In this document: one piece after another, positions 1 to 13,900 of the stretch
Numbering within the stretch: the stretch's first letter is position 1
How the letters are laid out: each line of letters opens with the position of its first letter
DNA from: Phoronis australis
Lineage: Eukaryota; Animalia; Phoronida
DNA: 64,000 nucleotides
Direction: 5' to 3'
Assembly: GCA_002633005.1 (NCBI GenBank)
Contig: NMRA01000727.1
Coordinates: forward strand, 114,216-178,215
Notes under the pieces: generated by a model
Seen by the model: the letters and a program-made list of their open reading frames with translations, nothing else
Databases searched by the model: none
Told to the model about the DNA's origin: nothing
Position numbers and translations under genes: made by a program

Positions 1-1398
1 TTCTAACGTGAATCTGACATATGGCATTGCACTCCCCCTATAGGTAAGTGACGAATCTCTGCGACTGTGGCCTGTGAAAGCCCCGCCCCGGAAAATCTCT
101 GGAGTCGGTCATGGGATAAATTTCCCCGTGCATGTATAAGGGAACCAGAAGAAACAAAGCAAAGTTCACAAACGCAAAAACCTATAATATTGGCACTGCT
201 TTAATTTTGATATTATGCCTGGAATTACTGCATGCCGGTAACCGTAGGGGGAGAAAACTTTGACCAAATGTCAATAAGATAATACACCGCGCTAGTGTTG
301 GCTTAAATTTCCTTTCCATGAACGAAAATTCCTCGCCACAAGTGCTGGCTAACGCCTGTTGTACACACTCTTGGCGATTTTACTTCGCATACTGCATGCC
401 ACGCGACTTTGCACAGGCCTACACGCGGTGTTTACGAACTCTTGTCATATCACTTGTCCTGTCGTACTTGGACGACTTCTTAGCTCAGAACTGAGTTACG
501 TCGTAGCCCTAGTCTTAACTCCCCGATTAGTTGTGCACTGTACGAAAACGTGGGTTTTAACTGATGAAAACTGAATATTATGCCTTCACAATATAAAAAA
601 ACGACGTGTGTTTAATTTAATGTCCCGGGGATTTGTTGACCTTATTCTGTACACGAAACACCACAAACATTCCTGCATGCAGGGGGCGTAAATCTGCTCG
701 TAATCGCAGCTGAATAAAAACGGTGTACTTATATAGAGTTGAATGAGCTTTGTCTTGCAGAAAATCTGTGCAGTTTGCTGAATAATTAGTCGCTTGGACG
801 TGCTTATGACTAAAGTTGGTAAGAATATCGGGGTCGTCTAAACTGTGATAATTCAGCTTGCTTTTGTAGAACACTCGGTTGTGAAGTTTTGAGGGTAAGT
901 TTTGGTTTGGATGTTACGGTTATCACGCCCCGCGTTTAATCATTTTAAGCTTTCTTGGAATCACCTAAAAGGATTTTCTGTTATGAAAATATCAAGTAAT
1001 TGTTGTGAGTAACACTACTGTAGTTCACTCAGTAATTCCTTATTTTCTTGTTTGAAACAGCAATCAAGTCCAAGACAGTAGATATTCTAAAAATACTCCT
1101 TCCGTCCAAACAAAGTACAACGGGCTGTTTACTGTCCTGATTTGTTCACTCATGTCCTTTCGTTTGTACAAAGGATTAATACCTTTACAATTATGTAGGA
1201 CGAAACCAGGTTAGTTCGGTAGCAGCACTTCATTGACAAAAAACTTTGGTAAAACGCGACTGTACGAGTCTTTATTGATCAGTCGTGATAAACCTGTGCT
1301 GAATGAGCAGCTCTCACAGTTGATGTGCACCTCACGATTGCCTTGTTCCATTAGGTCTGTGAGCTCCCTGCAGTGTGATATATTCCGACTCCCTGCGG

Positions 1399-1557
1399 AT
1401 GGCCTTCTACCTTCTGTTAAGATTAATTTCACTCTTTACATTGTTCGCCTCAGCGGTCATGTCACCTCTTGGACATAGCACTATTTTAATTGTTTGTCCG
1501 TTGTGTCTCTTGGTGTTTTGCTTCATAACTGGCATGCCTGAAGATAGGAGATTATAA
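1399..1557 (+). other. Possible signal-peptide-coding first exon of the alkaline phosphatase
   Basis: Short hydrophobic ORF (MAFYLLLRLISLFTLFASAV / MSPLGHSTILIVCPLCLLVFCFITG) about 750 bp upstream of the first secure exon, but no clean GT donor before the TAA at 1555-1557. Confidence 0.25.
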
Positions 1558-2302
1558 TATAGAGACATACGAGCGAGTCACAGATATGTATTTAGCTGTT
1601 TTATAAATGTACCGCCGCCCGAAGTACATGTATGTGCATTCACCCACTACAACCGCTATTTTTGAAAGTAGGAAGAATCTGCAATCTATTTTTGATATTT
1701 GTTTCAGTTCCCCTAAAGAAATCTAACGCTGTCCTGCTCGCCTTCGCACAATAAGCAGTCCCATAATCATGGTGATGAATAAGCACGTGCTGAAATGTCT
1801 CATACTGGCTCTTTTGAATACCAGCAGCGTTGGTCTCCCTGGGATGGCAAAGCACAGGCCTATCGAACGTGAGTGTCTTCAGCTTAGTATGCGCAAGTAT
1901 TTCAAAAGGCATATTTGATCTTTTAAAACGTACATTTGTTTTACACGCAATTCCCAAATGCTCATTTCTTATCTTGTCGGAATGTCCGCTTCTTGCGGTA
2001 CCGTAACATGAGTGAATCATGCACCGCAATCAATTGTTATATAATATGCAATGTCTGTAATGTCATTAGGCAAATCGAATGCGACTCTGGCTCTAATTCA
2101 AATTCATGGGAAGAAAACTTTGATGCTCTGAACAGTTGCCATAGTAGAACGTCATGTCGATGACTCTGAATGCTTGAAGTGACAAAACATGCATAGCTAT
2201 TTTACTCTTTTTGCAGTCACATTACATTTGCGTATGATAAATCAAAATCGATTTATTGAAATGTCCATGTCTAAATCTCCTAAATGTTTTCCAATAATAT
2301 AG

Positions 2303-5300
2303 CTCAGGCATATTGGAAAGAAGCTGCACAAGACGAGTTGCACAAAATGCTTAACAGGAAGTTGAACACCAACGTTGCCAAGAACGTCATCTTGTTTGTC
2401 GGCGACGGCATGGGGCCAACAACTGTGACAGGTGGGAAAGTTTTCGGAAAAGATCGATTATAGTAATCCCGTCAGTTTGAGTAAGATGTATATCTGAAAC
2501 ACTTCGCTTATTTTCGTAAATTTCTCCTCAAAGGCGAAAATATCCGCGCGCGCGCACTGCGGTCATACGGCAAGTGCCGGAGAGCGCTTCGTAGATCTGG
2601 CTTCCCACAAGAGAAAAAGGATCTCACGAAACTTTGCAAAATCACACAAGTGAAAAACGAGTGTTTCACGAGTATGTTCGGGAGTTTTCTAGATTTTCAA
2701 GCAAAGGGACAGTCACTGACTGAAGTGAAACGTTGGCGTGGTTGGAGTTTTGAATTATGGGATTGTATTCATTTTCTCGCTATTTTTCTCCAGGAATGCA
2801 AGTTAATGTCTTTGTCTCTATTGAAGTGCACCCGGATTTAGTTCCGGAGAGGTCGAAATCCCGTGCAGAAAGCTAATGTGGTCACGTGCTTTGCTTGGAT
2901 TTTTCGGCGTTATCTCGTGTAGTCTTGCGTGATCTGGCGTCTTCGCGAGGTAGCCTACCCGCGTGTACGGAACGCACGCCTGGGTCCAGTTCGATATCCG
3001 TCTCGAGGCAGGAAAAACCCAGCTAAACTCATGCGTTCCCATTGAAAATACACTGTTACTGTATATGTCGCAAAATCTTGAGAGATCTCGTTTTTCTAGA
3101 GAGACTCTAGCGTTATTGAACTCTGACCACGGTGTGACTGAAGTTCTCCCATGTGCAAATGGAGTTCACCTCTACAGGGAAATTTGAAGCAACAAAAGTA
3201 ACCAAGTTGTACCAGATGAGTAAGCTCATTCAAAATGCTGTGCTTCACAGTTTAGCTAAGCTAGAGACATTTTACCGCTACTCCCAAATACATTACCAGA
3301 AAACTGCGGGTAGAAAACTAACGGTGTTCCGTAATAGTTCGCTTACACTTACACGAAGATCCAATCAAACATCAATCGAGTGGGTTTATAGTAGTGTTAT
3401 GGATATACAGTAATATCCTGTCAGTAATCAAAAAAACGTGGGCAGCACTCTACCAATTTCACGAGTGCTGCACGCAAGCAATGTTAGGTGTGTTGTGCAT
3501 TTCTCGCTGGTAACGCCACCCCCGCCTTCTTTTCGAATTCATTGAAAAAACGGTTAAGTGAAAGCCCAAATTCAAAAGCACTGGAATTTCAGACATTTTT
3601 CATAGCCATTAGTCATTGTTTGGCGGAAATTCTTTGCTTTACAAATTATCCCCCAAAAATGTCCGCCTCAGAGAAACAAAAACTCCGAAAAAAGTAGAAA
3701 ACGAGAAAAAGTCCACTAAAAAGTCAGGAACTGCCAAAATTCGGCGAATGCACAATTCACAGCTCTGGGTGTACTCCGTGAATCTTGGTAAAGGGCCCAC
3801 ATTCTCAAAAATTTGAACCCCCAAATTTTTAGTCTGGGTGCGTGCATGTTTTCACCTGAATTGCTCTGCAACAAAGCTTCCATGTGTATAATGCCATCCA
3901 GATTGGCAGTGAGTGTCATCAATACTGGAAACTTCATGTTTCCTGTAATTTCCTGCAATCTCAAGGTTTACTCTTACTCACAAAGCACATGATCTAAATC
4001 AATGACAACACCAGTTCACTATATGTAATATTACAGCGGCCAGAATTCTAAAGGGTCAGCTGCGTAATCGGACGGGAGAAGATGAGACACTGTTGTTTGA
4101 GACATTCCCGCATGTGGCGCTCAGCAAGGTAAGAACAGAGAGTTTGGTAAACGATTGTCTCGTAATATACATGTAGTTACACAAAACGCCGTACGCAATA
4201 GCACTTATAATATAGTATAATACATGTAGGTGCACCAAAGTACAGATGTTAACAGAACACAGCTCTTCAAATCCAGTGACATGGTGCAGGGTAGTGCATT
4301 CGAAAACTGCTGTAGTGGTAAAAATAAGCCACAGTGCAGCGAGCACAGTTTTTAGGATAAGTCAAAAGAAAAAAATCAACTGGTGATGAGCCATGGGAAG
4401 CTTATAAACCACTTTGGTGTCGTTTGGGAGGGGGGGGGTATTTGTGTTTTGATGTTTTTTATTTGATTTTTATTTTATTTTATAATCATACATGGTGCAG
4501 ATTTCTAAAAATTAAACTAGTCGGCTCGAATCTAACCGAAAAACAGCTCGTCCTTAAATCTCCTGATCTTTCATCTAGAAGTTGCATCAATTCCTGTGTG
4601 GCATTTTGCATGAGCCTATGTGCGAAAAAACGACCCTTTTCACTGAGGAAAAAATCACCACTTCAAATTTGAGTCGTTGTGCAAGATAACACACGTGCAG
4701 CGTATGGGTGCATGACGATACTTAGGTCGAATGAAAGTGACTTGGCACAGCTTCTTTTTATCGATACACATGTATTTCTTTCAAATTTTCATATCTATTT
4801 TGGTGTTTGCCTAATATGTGGGATTGTCAATTTTTTCCTTACAGCCGCCTAAATGGGTTACGTGATTGGACATGTACATACAGTGCATTCATCCACAACA
4901 ATAAATTGGAGGTAGCCATGTTGAAATAATTTTGCTCATGCTCCGCAATTTCCGGGCTCATTATGATTTGCTAAAACGGAAACCGCGCCACCTTTTGCTC
5001 GATAATGTTATACAAGAAGGGCATTAAGTTTTACTGTTTTGCAAACGCATGACCAACTTAAAATACGGAGGATTTTCAAATATCAAATGCTTGAAGGCAT
5101 AAATAACAACACTTGAAAAATGAAGTTGTCAGGGTTACTCGACGAACAGATTGGAGCTATGGCCCATGGCTAGCAACCATGCGAAATTGAAATGTCAAAA
5201 AAACAGCCGCATGTAATCTATTAAATCCCACATAGCTTCAGTCCTGAAAGGATTTCTTTAGGGTCAAGGTAAGAAAATTTATGTCGTACATGTACGTTAG

Positions 5301-8300
5301 TGGTGAGACAGCCACTAATCAATGGGATTTTCAAATAGACTCAAAGGCACAAAATTAAAACAAACATTCAAGTATTTGTCCAGCATGACCTTTTGTATTT
5401 TAATCCGATGCCCAATGGCAAATAAGCTTTGTTACTCTAAACGCAAATAGGATACATGCATTAAAAAATCAAACTGCGTGACCTAACATACAGCGTACAT
5501 GTACATGTACATCATGCAGTTGCAATATACATGTACATGTACCGTACACTCGTCAAGGGTGAACGATGCCATTTGATTTCGAAATTAGATTTCACGTGGC
5601 CCGGGTATTGCAGACATACAACACAGACGCCCAGGTAGCAGATTCAGCAGGTACGGCTACAGCTTTCCTTTGTGGCGTCAAGACAAGGTACAGTGTGGTT
5701 GGCGTGGACGACACGGTCACCCGAGGTGACTGTGATTCCCAACAGGGGGCAGAAGTGTCCTCAATACTCGATTGGTCAATAAAAGAAGGTAAATCTTAAA
5801 AGTTGCAATTGCAAATTATTCACAATATTGAAGTCCAGCGAACGCAATTGTTTACGAAAATGTTAAAAAGTGAATCTACATTATTAATAACCCAAATATT
5901 AATTTGTTACATAATTTGGAGATTCTCAAAAAGAATGCAAAGATAAAGAACTCGGACCCTCCGGAATGCGTTGCCATTGAACAAAAATGTATAAAAACAA
6001 CAACAAAAACACTGCAAGTGGTCTAATGTCATTTGCGGTACATCAAACGTGTGCAGACCTCAAAATTGGGCCCATTGCACCAAACATATGAGTTAAAAAC
6101 AGACAAGAGCCCCGTTATCGTTCTTCGTGAAGGAAGTTTTCAAGTCTGTGTGTCGGACAGACTAAAAAGATGTTTACGTGTAAATTTGGATGAATGCCTG
6201 ACTAAATTCTTAACAGCAATTGTGACAATCTATATTCTAAAATCTTTGTCTCTATCCGGTAGCAATCTTTTGAATAATTATTTCCTTGTTTAATGTTACA
6301 CTTCATTGGTTGACAAATATGTTAACCCGTTAGCCAGTTAGTCCATGAAGGGTTACATTATAACACTCTGTTATTTTCTGACATGTGTGCATTGATTGTT
6401 AGAACTAAAAACGCTGTCTTTTAAACATGTACTGTGTGCAAAACAATAATTATTTATCTGGCATAACCATGCAGAAAGACGTCTCAGCTGATGAAAGACT
6501 TTTTAATGGTATGACTCCTACAAAATTAGGCTGAAAAACGGCGGAGTGACAGTCAAGAATGTGATTTTTTCCATTAACCCGGAGTTAAGTATTTGTGTTT
6601 ATTTGTCCTCGTTACTTGATTTTTGGTATTGTTTTAGAGCTCAGGGGGTGTGCTTGGTCTTGTGGATATTATACTTTACCGAGACTACGTATTTACCTTA
6701 AGCCCATCAATCAGTAATATTTTCATGTATTACCCAGGGGCGGATCCAGGATTTTGAGTTGGGGGCAGGGCAGAGTATTAGCCTGGATTTTGTCCGTCAG
6801 ACGTTCGCACCTCCGAACTGCCAAATGCAATCTGGGAGAAATCCAGGGGTCATGGCCCCCTTGGCCCCCCTCTAAATCCGCCACTGTTACCCTCGGTCTT
6901 CTTCTTCTCGAAACGCGGAATCGCAACCAGAGGACCCTCCGTTTAAAAATGTCTGGGGCTACTAGACTGCAAAATACTCCATAAATATTGAGATGATATA
7001 TTTGTTCCGAAGAAGTTTTTTGTAATAACAATTCTAAACTTGCTTCGGGTGTACAAAACAAACATTCCACCTTAAGCCATTTATTCTAGAACAAAGATAC
7101 AACAACTGGGTAAACGAATGCAAACTAATCCCAAGAATCTGCGGCACAACCTTCTGTACATGTACATGTAAGCTGAAGTAGAATGTGAGCACTCCTCTCA
7201 AACCAGCGGCCCACTCTCATAGTCAAGCGCCACAATGGAAATGATATTGTTAAAGGCGAAGGCAACCTTTTTCCATGTCATTTTGAGCTAAAATAAGGTT
7301 GGTTGGTTATCCTAGACATATTTTTCACTTAATTACAGCTTTTCGTAATTTTATTAATTATTCGTCCGCTTTTCCGGAAGTGACGTTTTAGGAGGCAAGC
7401 GCTTCCCGCCAATTTCTTTTCACATAGTCTGACTGTGAGAGCTGCCGAGTCAGTCATTGTTCTACCTCGGTTGTGTTAAGTTCNNNNNNNNNNNNNNNNN
7501 NNNNNNNNNNNNNNNNNNNNNNNNNNNNNNNNNNNNNNNNNNNNNNNNNNNNNNNNNNNNNNNNNNNNNNNNNNNNNNNNNNNNNNNNNNNNNNNNNNNN
7601 NNNNNNNNNNNNNNNNNNNNNNNNNNNNNNNNNNNNNNNNNNNNNNNNNNNNNNNNNNNNNNNNNNNNNNNNNNNNNNNNNNNNNNNNNNNNNNNNNNNN
7701 NNNNNNNNNNNNNNNNNNNNNNNNNNNNNNNNNNNNNNNNNNNNNNNNNNNNNNNNNNNNNNNNNNNNNNNNNNNNNNNNNNNNNNNNNNNNNNNNNNNN
7801 NNNNNNNNNNNNNNNNNNNNNNNNNNNNNNNNNNNNNNNNNNNNNNNNNNNNNNNNNNNNNNNNNNNNNNNNNNNNNNNNNNNNNNNNNNNNNNNNNNNN
7901 NNNNNNNNNNNNNNNNNNNNNNNNNNNNNNNNNNNNNNNNNNNNNNNNNNNNNNNNNNNNNNNNNNNNNNNNNNNNNNNNNNNNNNNNNNNNNNNNNNNN
8001 NNNNNNNNNNNNNNNNNNNNNNNNNNNNNNNNNNNNNNNNNNNNNNNNNNNNNNNNNNNNNNNNNNNNNNNNNNNNNNNNNNNNNNNNNNNNNNNNNNNN
8101 NNNNNNNNNNNNNNNNNNNNNNNNNNNNNNNNNNNNNNNNNNNNNNNNNNNNNNNNNNNNNNNNNNNNNNNNNNNNNNNNNNNNNNNNNNNNNNNNNNNN
8201 NNNNNNNNNNNNNNNNNNNNNNNNNNNNNNNNNNNNNNNNNNNNNNNNNNNNNNNNNNNNNNNNNNNNNNNNNNNNNNNNNNNNNNNNNNNNNNNNNNNN

Positions 8301-10867
8301 NNNNNNNNNNNNNNNNNNNNNNNNNNNNNNNNNNNNNNNNNNNNNNNNNNNNNNNNNNNNNNNNNNNNNNNNNNNNNNNNNNNNNGAAGCGCTTGCCTCC
8401 TAAAACGTCACTTCCGGAAAAGCGGACGAGTAATTAATAAAATTACGAAAAGCTGTAATTAAGTGAAAAATATGTCTAGGATAACCAACCAACCTTATTT
8501 TAGCTCAAAATGACATGGAAAAAGGTTGCCTTCGCCTTTAAGGAATTGAGAAATTGGGGGGATAGGTATGAGGTTGCACGAAAATTGCAGCGACGTGCTA
8601 AATTTTTGTACTGCCAGGGTGTTCATTTATGCTTCATGAACCTTTTATTGCTGATGACCGCAAAAAAACTTAACCAGATAGCGCTTCGGTCGTAGGAAAG
8701 TCTGTTGGCTTTGTAACAACCACTCGAGTGACGCATGCCACACCGTCGCCCTTGTACGCCCATTCAGCAGACAGAGACTGGGAATATGAAGTTCCGAGTA
8801 ACGCCAAAGGAAAGTGTAAAGACATAGCTATGCAATTTCTTGACAGAGCAGCAGATATTCAGGTAATTTTTTTCTGTCCTGCAGCACTGCTAAAAACAGT
8901 GATGTTGGCGTTTATACCATTCAATTTTATGAAGAATCCCAGCCATCCGTGAAGTTGGTATCCGCAGGCACTATGAAAATGGTATGTTTTGCTTGTAAGC
9001 AAGGCGTCCCAAACTGTACACAGACTTCAGTACTTTTACTCAGATTATGCACCCGGGCCGATTATACATGTACAATTACACCATGTGGTTATGCCTTGGA
9101 ATGAAAGCCAGTTCACGAATGTATTCTTGTTGAAGTCAGCAAAGAACTCATTTCTTGTCATTTAAGGTGTGAGTACATTTTTGAGACACCCTGTATACAT
9201 ACATTTGCGACTAAATTATATTAAGTAACTCATGTTTAATGTGTACAGCCAACGCGAACTGATAAGTAACACACTTACTGTTGCCTTTCTGTTCACATGA
9301 TTTCTGGCCATTTTTGTCACACCATTTCTTATTTCACTAGTTTAGAACATATAATCTCGCCAAAGGAAAACACATCACTTCAGTAGGATCTATTTGTGAA
9401 TGACAGTACATCCCGTCTTGTTTTTACGTTTTTACTACCGATTCGTCTACTGGTGAAAGGGAGATTAGGAACCATTTAAATGTGGCGGCCATTTTGTTGA
9501 TGCGTCAACAGACAGTCGAAAAATCAACTGAAAAACAGTTCTGTATTAGCTTATAAGATTTATAAGAAATCACGCTTGAGGAGCATCTTGAGAACATTTT
9601 TTTGATTAATTAGGTATTACGATAGATTACATTTTTATTTAGACTAAACTGGTGCGGTAAGAGTACCACGATAACCTCCACAAGCCACCATTTACTTCAC
9701 AACGTTGCTGTATTCTTATTCTTTGTTTGAAATCAAATCGGTGTCAACATGTTCACGTCACCGGGAAAATTTCTGAAGGTCAAAGTGCTTCAGCTGCTGG
9801 AATTAAGTAACATGGTCAGAACTAATAAAGGTGTGCCTTGTTATTCTCAGACCTAGACGTGATTTCTAATCTGAGTAAGGAACACGATATGAGATAAATC
9901 AAAATTTTGCTTTGACAAAAGGGGTCGCTTTATTGCGCCTTGAGGAAGTTCACACCAATGACAACCCAAGACTACAAAAGCACTGTAGTTCATGGGCGGC
10001 GCAGCACTGAAAAGTGGGGGGATAAAGCCCCTTCAGCCCCCTGTGGTGCACCACCTACAGACTGTGTGCGGCGTAGCACTGAAAAAAGTGCGGGGGGGGC
10101 TGTAGCCCCCAGCCCCCTATGGTGCGCCGCCCATGTAGTTACGCATTTGGTTAGTGCTGGCAATAGCGAAAATGTATTAAACGATTTTCCAAGCGGAACG
10201 TGAATTATCTTTAACATGTAAATGCAGTTTCGTGCATTTGCGTTCAGGTGGCACTTGGAGGCGGGCGGCGTAACTTTATGCCAAATAACGCGTCGGATCC
10301 CGAATATCCGAGTAAAACTGGTAAACGTACAGACGGCAGGGACCTCATTGAAGAATGGAAAAGGAAGATGGCGGGCAAGAAAATAAGATACGTGTGGAAC
10401 ATCACTGATTTCGACTCAGTTCACAGTGAAAATACAGACCACTTGCTTGGTAAGTCGAAAACATTTGGATCGTCGTGTATAGAACGGGCTTTCTTTTCTA
10501 TTGGAGAGACAAAGGGTCAGAAGCTGTGACAATGTCTTACGGGGTGTGCCATTCAGGATATTGACCGGGCTGATGTAAAACTTTGTTTCGAAACATTGTT
10601 TGTTGTGTTGCCAGTTTCCTATCTGCTAATGAATGGCTTCAATTTATCCTCGGATCTGTCTATTCGGACAAAGCTGAAAATCAATCAAACTACTGGTCAT
10701 GGTTTTACTTTTTTCTACGTCATATTTCCAGGACTATTTGAACCTTCTCATATGCAATACGAAGCAGAAAGAGCCAGCGATCCTGGTGGTGAACCATCTC
10801 TAGCGCAGATGGTTCGTAAAGCGATCACCATTCTGCAGAATACGAATGGATTTTTCCTCATGGTAGA

Positions 10868-10903
<36 letters not shown>

Positions 10904-13900
10904 ATTACTACAGTCTCTCCAAACAGAGAGAGACTTTTCAAAGATACACGTCTCTCTACAAGGATTTGCCATTCTGGGCAGACTCCAAGATACTTGGGAC
11001 CTATTCTCTGTACTCGTAACTAGACTCGAAAATTGGCTAATTGCATGACACACTTCAAGTTAACGTATACCATTGTACTAAAATAATATAAAGTGATTGG
11101 TTAAGTTTCAAGTTCGAGTCAGACTTCAGTCGGAGTTCTAACCCAGAAAGCGCCGGGGTTGTCGAGTTGCAACGAAATGAGACCATATCTCCACTAGTCC
11201 TCACAAAGGATGCAAACATCCATATTAACTACTTTTCCGTATTTGCTTCTCTAATTTCACAAGAGCATACACATGCAGCTGCTATTTCAGTTTCGAATAG
11301 GTGCCTTTTTTACCGATTCAAAGTTTCAATTTTAAACATTATGGAAAATATTTGCAGAATCCATCGTTTTTTTCAATTTCGATCCCTAGTCGTGCAACAG
11401 ACGGAGTGAGTCCTTTGAAACGGATAAAATACGTTCACAGAGTGATTATTAATAACAACTGAATATTTGCTCGCTTGTACTTGTAGCCAAGATGAAGACA
11501 AATCACGGTGGCAAAGTATTGTTTAATTTGCGACGTCCATGCGACGTGCTGAGCGCGTCGCATGGTTATCGCCTATGGGACACTACCATTATTTTCTTTT
11601 GTTGCGTCTTTGTTGGATATAACAATACAGGCCACATGGACATTATACCTTGCGCACACATCAGCCAGTTACCGATAATGCTTGCCATTATATTTATTTA
11701 AACAAACAAAAACAAATTGACCAATGGATACGCCAATCTACCGATCTTTATGCAACCAGCTTGCGACCTAGTTTCCCGCGTGAGCCTGTCTACTAGCTCA
11801 AATTGTTTACCTTCCGTATCGTTGTTAGCGGAACCTGGGAAAGCACTGCCTTCCCACGTCCTGCCTGGCATTTTATTTTCGCAGGAGGAAGAATCGACCA
11901 TGGTCATCACGACAACAAGGCAGGGTTGGCGCTCTACGACACACTTGCGTTCGAGGACGCTGTCACCGTGGCAACGCAAATGACTGACGAATCAAATACA
12001 TTGGTCGTTGTAACTGGAGACCACTCTCATGTGATGACACTCGGTGGCTATTCGAGGCGGGGAAATCCTATTTTGGGTTCGTATACCTAACTATGAAAAC
12101 AAGGAAATTGAAACAACTGCCGCAGTTTGAATAGCTGATGTCGACTCCCTCTGTAAAACACTATTGTCAAGGGAATCAGGCGGAGGAACAACGTGCCCGA
12201 TAAATAACAAAGCAGACCAATATGGACACTCTCCCAATGGATGCATTCAGATATTACCTGTCTGTAATACGGTCCCCAAAAATCAGACAAATAACGAGGG
12301 CTACATAGATTTCGACCAAAGTGTTCCTCAGATGTCTTGTCGAAATAATAGTATATTAATTTTTCAATTCGGGCTTCTATCTTGAATTTGTATATTCTTG
12401 ATGCAAAATAGGGACAGTCGAAAATTGCCAAACAAGGACATATTAGTAAACTCTCAGATTTTTCGTATACGACTCCATGTACGACTTTTGGAACCTGTCT
12501 ATACATACTGATTATTGTGTTCGACTTCGTTTACGACATTTTAGCCAGAAAAATCGTGTCGTAACACCTGCCTACATGTAAACTTTATGATTAGCGCACG
12601 ACTGTCGTGCACGGAGTCGTGCACGCAATATTGGAGCGTGTAGACAAAGCTTAAGAAATACGGAGTCATGCAGCTTTCACCGCACCTGATGTTTGATGAA
12701 AAAAGAAATTGCTTTAAGTGGCACTACAAACACGTTAGGCCGTCAGTCTTTGAAAAAATACATTTTGATGGCATTGTCTGTTTTTACTGGCAACTTTCTT
12801 CGTTTTTCATGTTTTTAAAGATATGCTTTGGAATGTTTACAAACCACACAGTGGTTCTGTTGAACATCTCCATAACTCAGTTGAAGCGGAAATAAACCTT
12901 GGGTCTTTGTCAAAAACCAAGTTTACATTGATTGTAGACCACTTGACATGAAATTGGGCTCACATTGTTCCTTTGCAAAATGGTTATTTGAGCCCTTCGA
13001 AGGGGTTTACGTTTTGCTTTTGCTTGAGGTCTGTCAGTTCCTCCTTAGACCAGAAATCACTTTTTAAGTTGTATTTGCATGCTCCTAACTATGCTACTGT
13101 ATAGCAGGAACTAAACGACAATGCAACTTGAACACCAACTACGCTAAACAAAGTGCAATTTTATTCGTTGAAAACTTGTAAACCAGAAAACAAAAAATCT
13201 GCAAATAGGTGACCTTTGCACTATTGACGTACATTGGGGGCTCCCACAACCTGCATCAGTGTTATTCCCCAACACCACGTCACGATACTAATTGGACACG
13301 GTTGATTGATTTACGACGTATCATTTTTGACACAAAACTCGATCTTGGAAATTTTCATCCTACTTCATAATCACATCGTCCCAATAAGATGTGTTTGTAA
13401 CTAATATGATCAAGACATGACAGAGATAAAGAATGGTGTTCAAGTTACACTTTGCACCGAGTAATGAACGTGCGATGAGATCAATTGTGTAACGGTACTT
13501 GGCCCAAGTCAAATTTGTTTTTGACAGAAAGCACCACTTCAACAACGCTTTAAAGAAGACATTTTCAACTCACATTTTTTAATAGATGATGCGCTCACTG
13601 TAAATTGCTGTACGATACTATATAAATGTGCACAGCTGTGTAAAACCCATTCCATACATATAGGTACATTAACATGTTTTTTTCTGCTAAAGGTCTTGTG
13701 GAAACGGTTGATCCTAAGTGGGCCACTGCCGTCGACCGGATGCCATATACAGTGCTGGCTTACGGTAATGGACCAGGTTTTAACCACTCGGCCTCCAAGT
13801 TTGGTAGGGAAAACCTCACAGGCGTCGATACAGGTTAGACAATTTCCAGAGAGGTATGTGCATGTAGACTGCCTCGAGACAAATTCGCCTATAGCGGAGT

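Noticed and set aside
1640-2029. 129-aa minus-strand ORF
   Set aside because: No recognisable motif or splice context.
7457-8462. Long ORFs of 326 and 329 aa
   Set aside because: Artefacts of translating the N gap.
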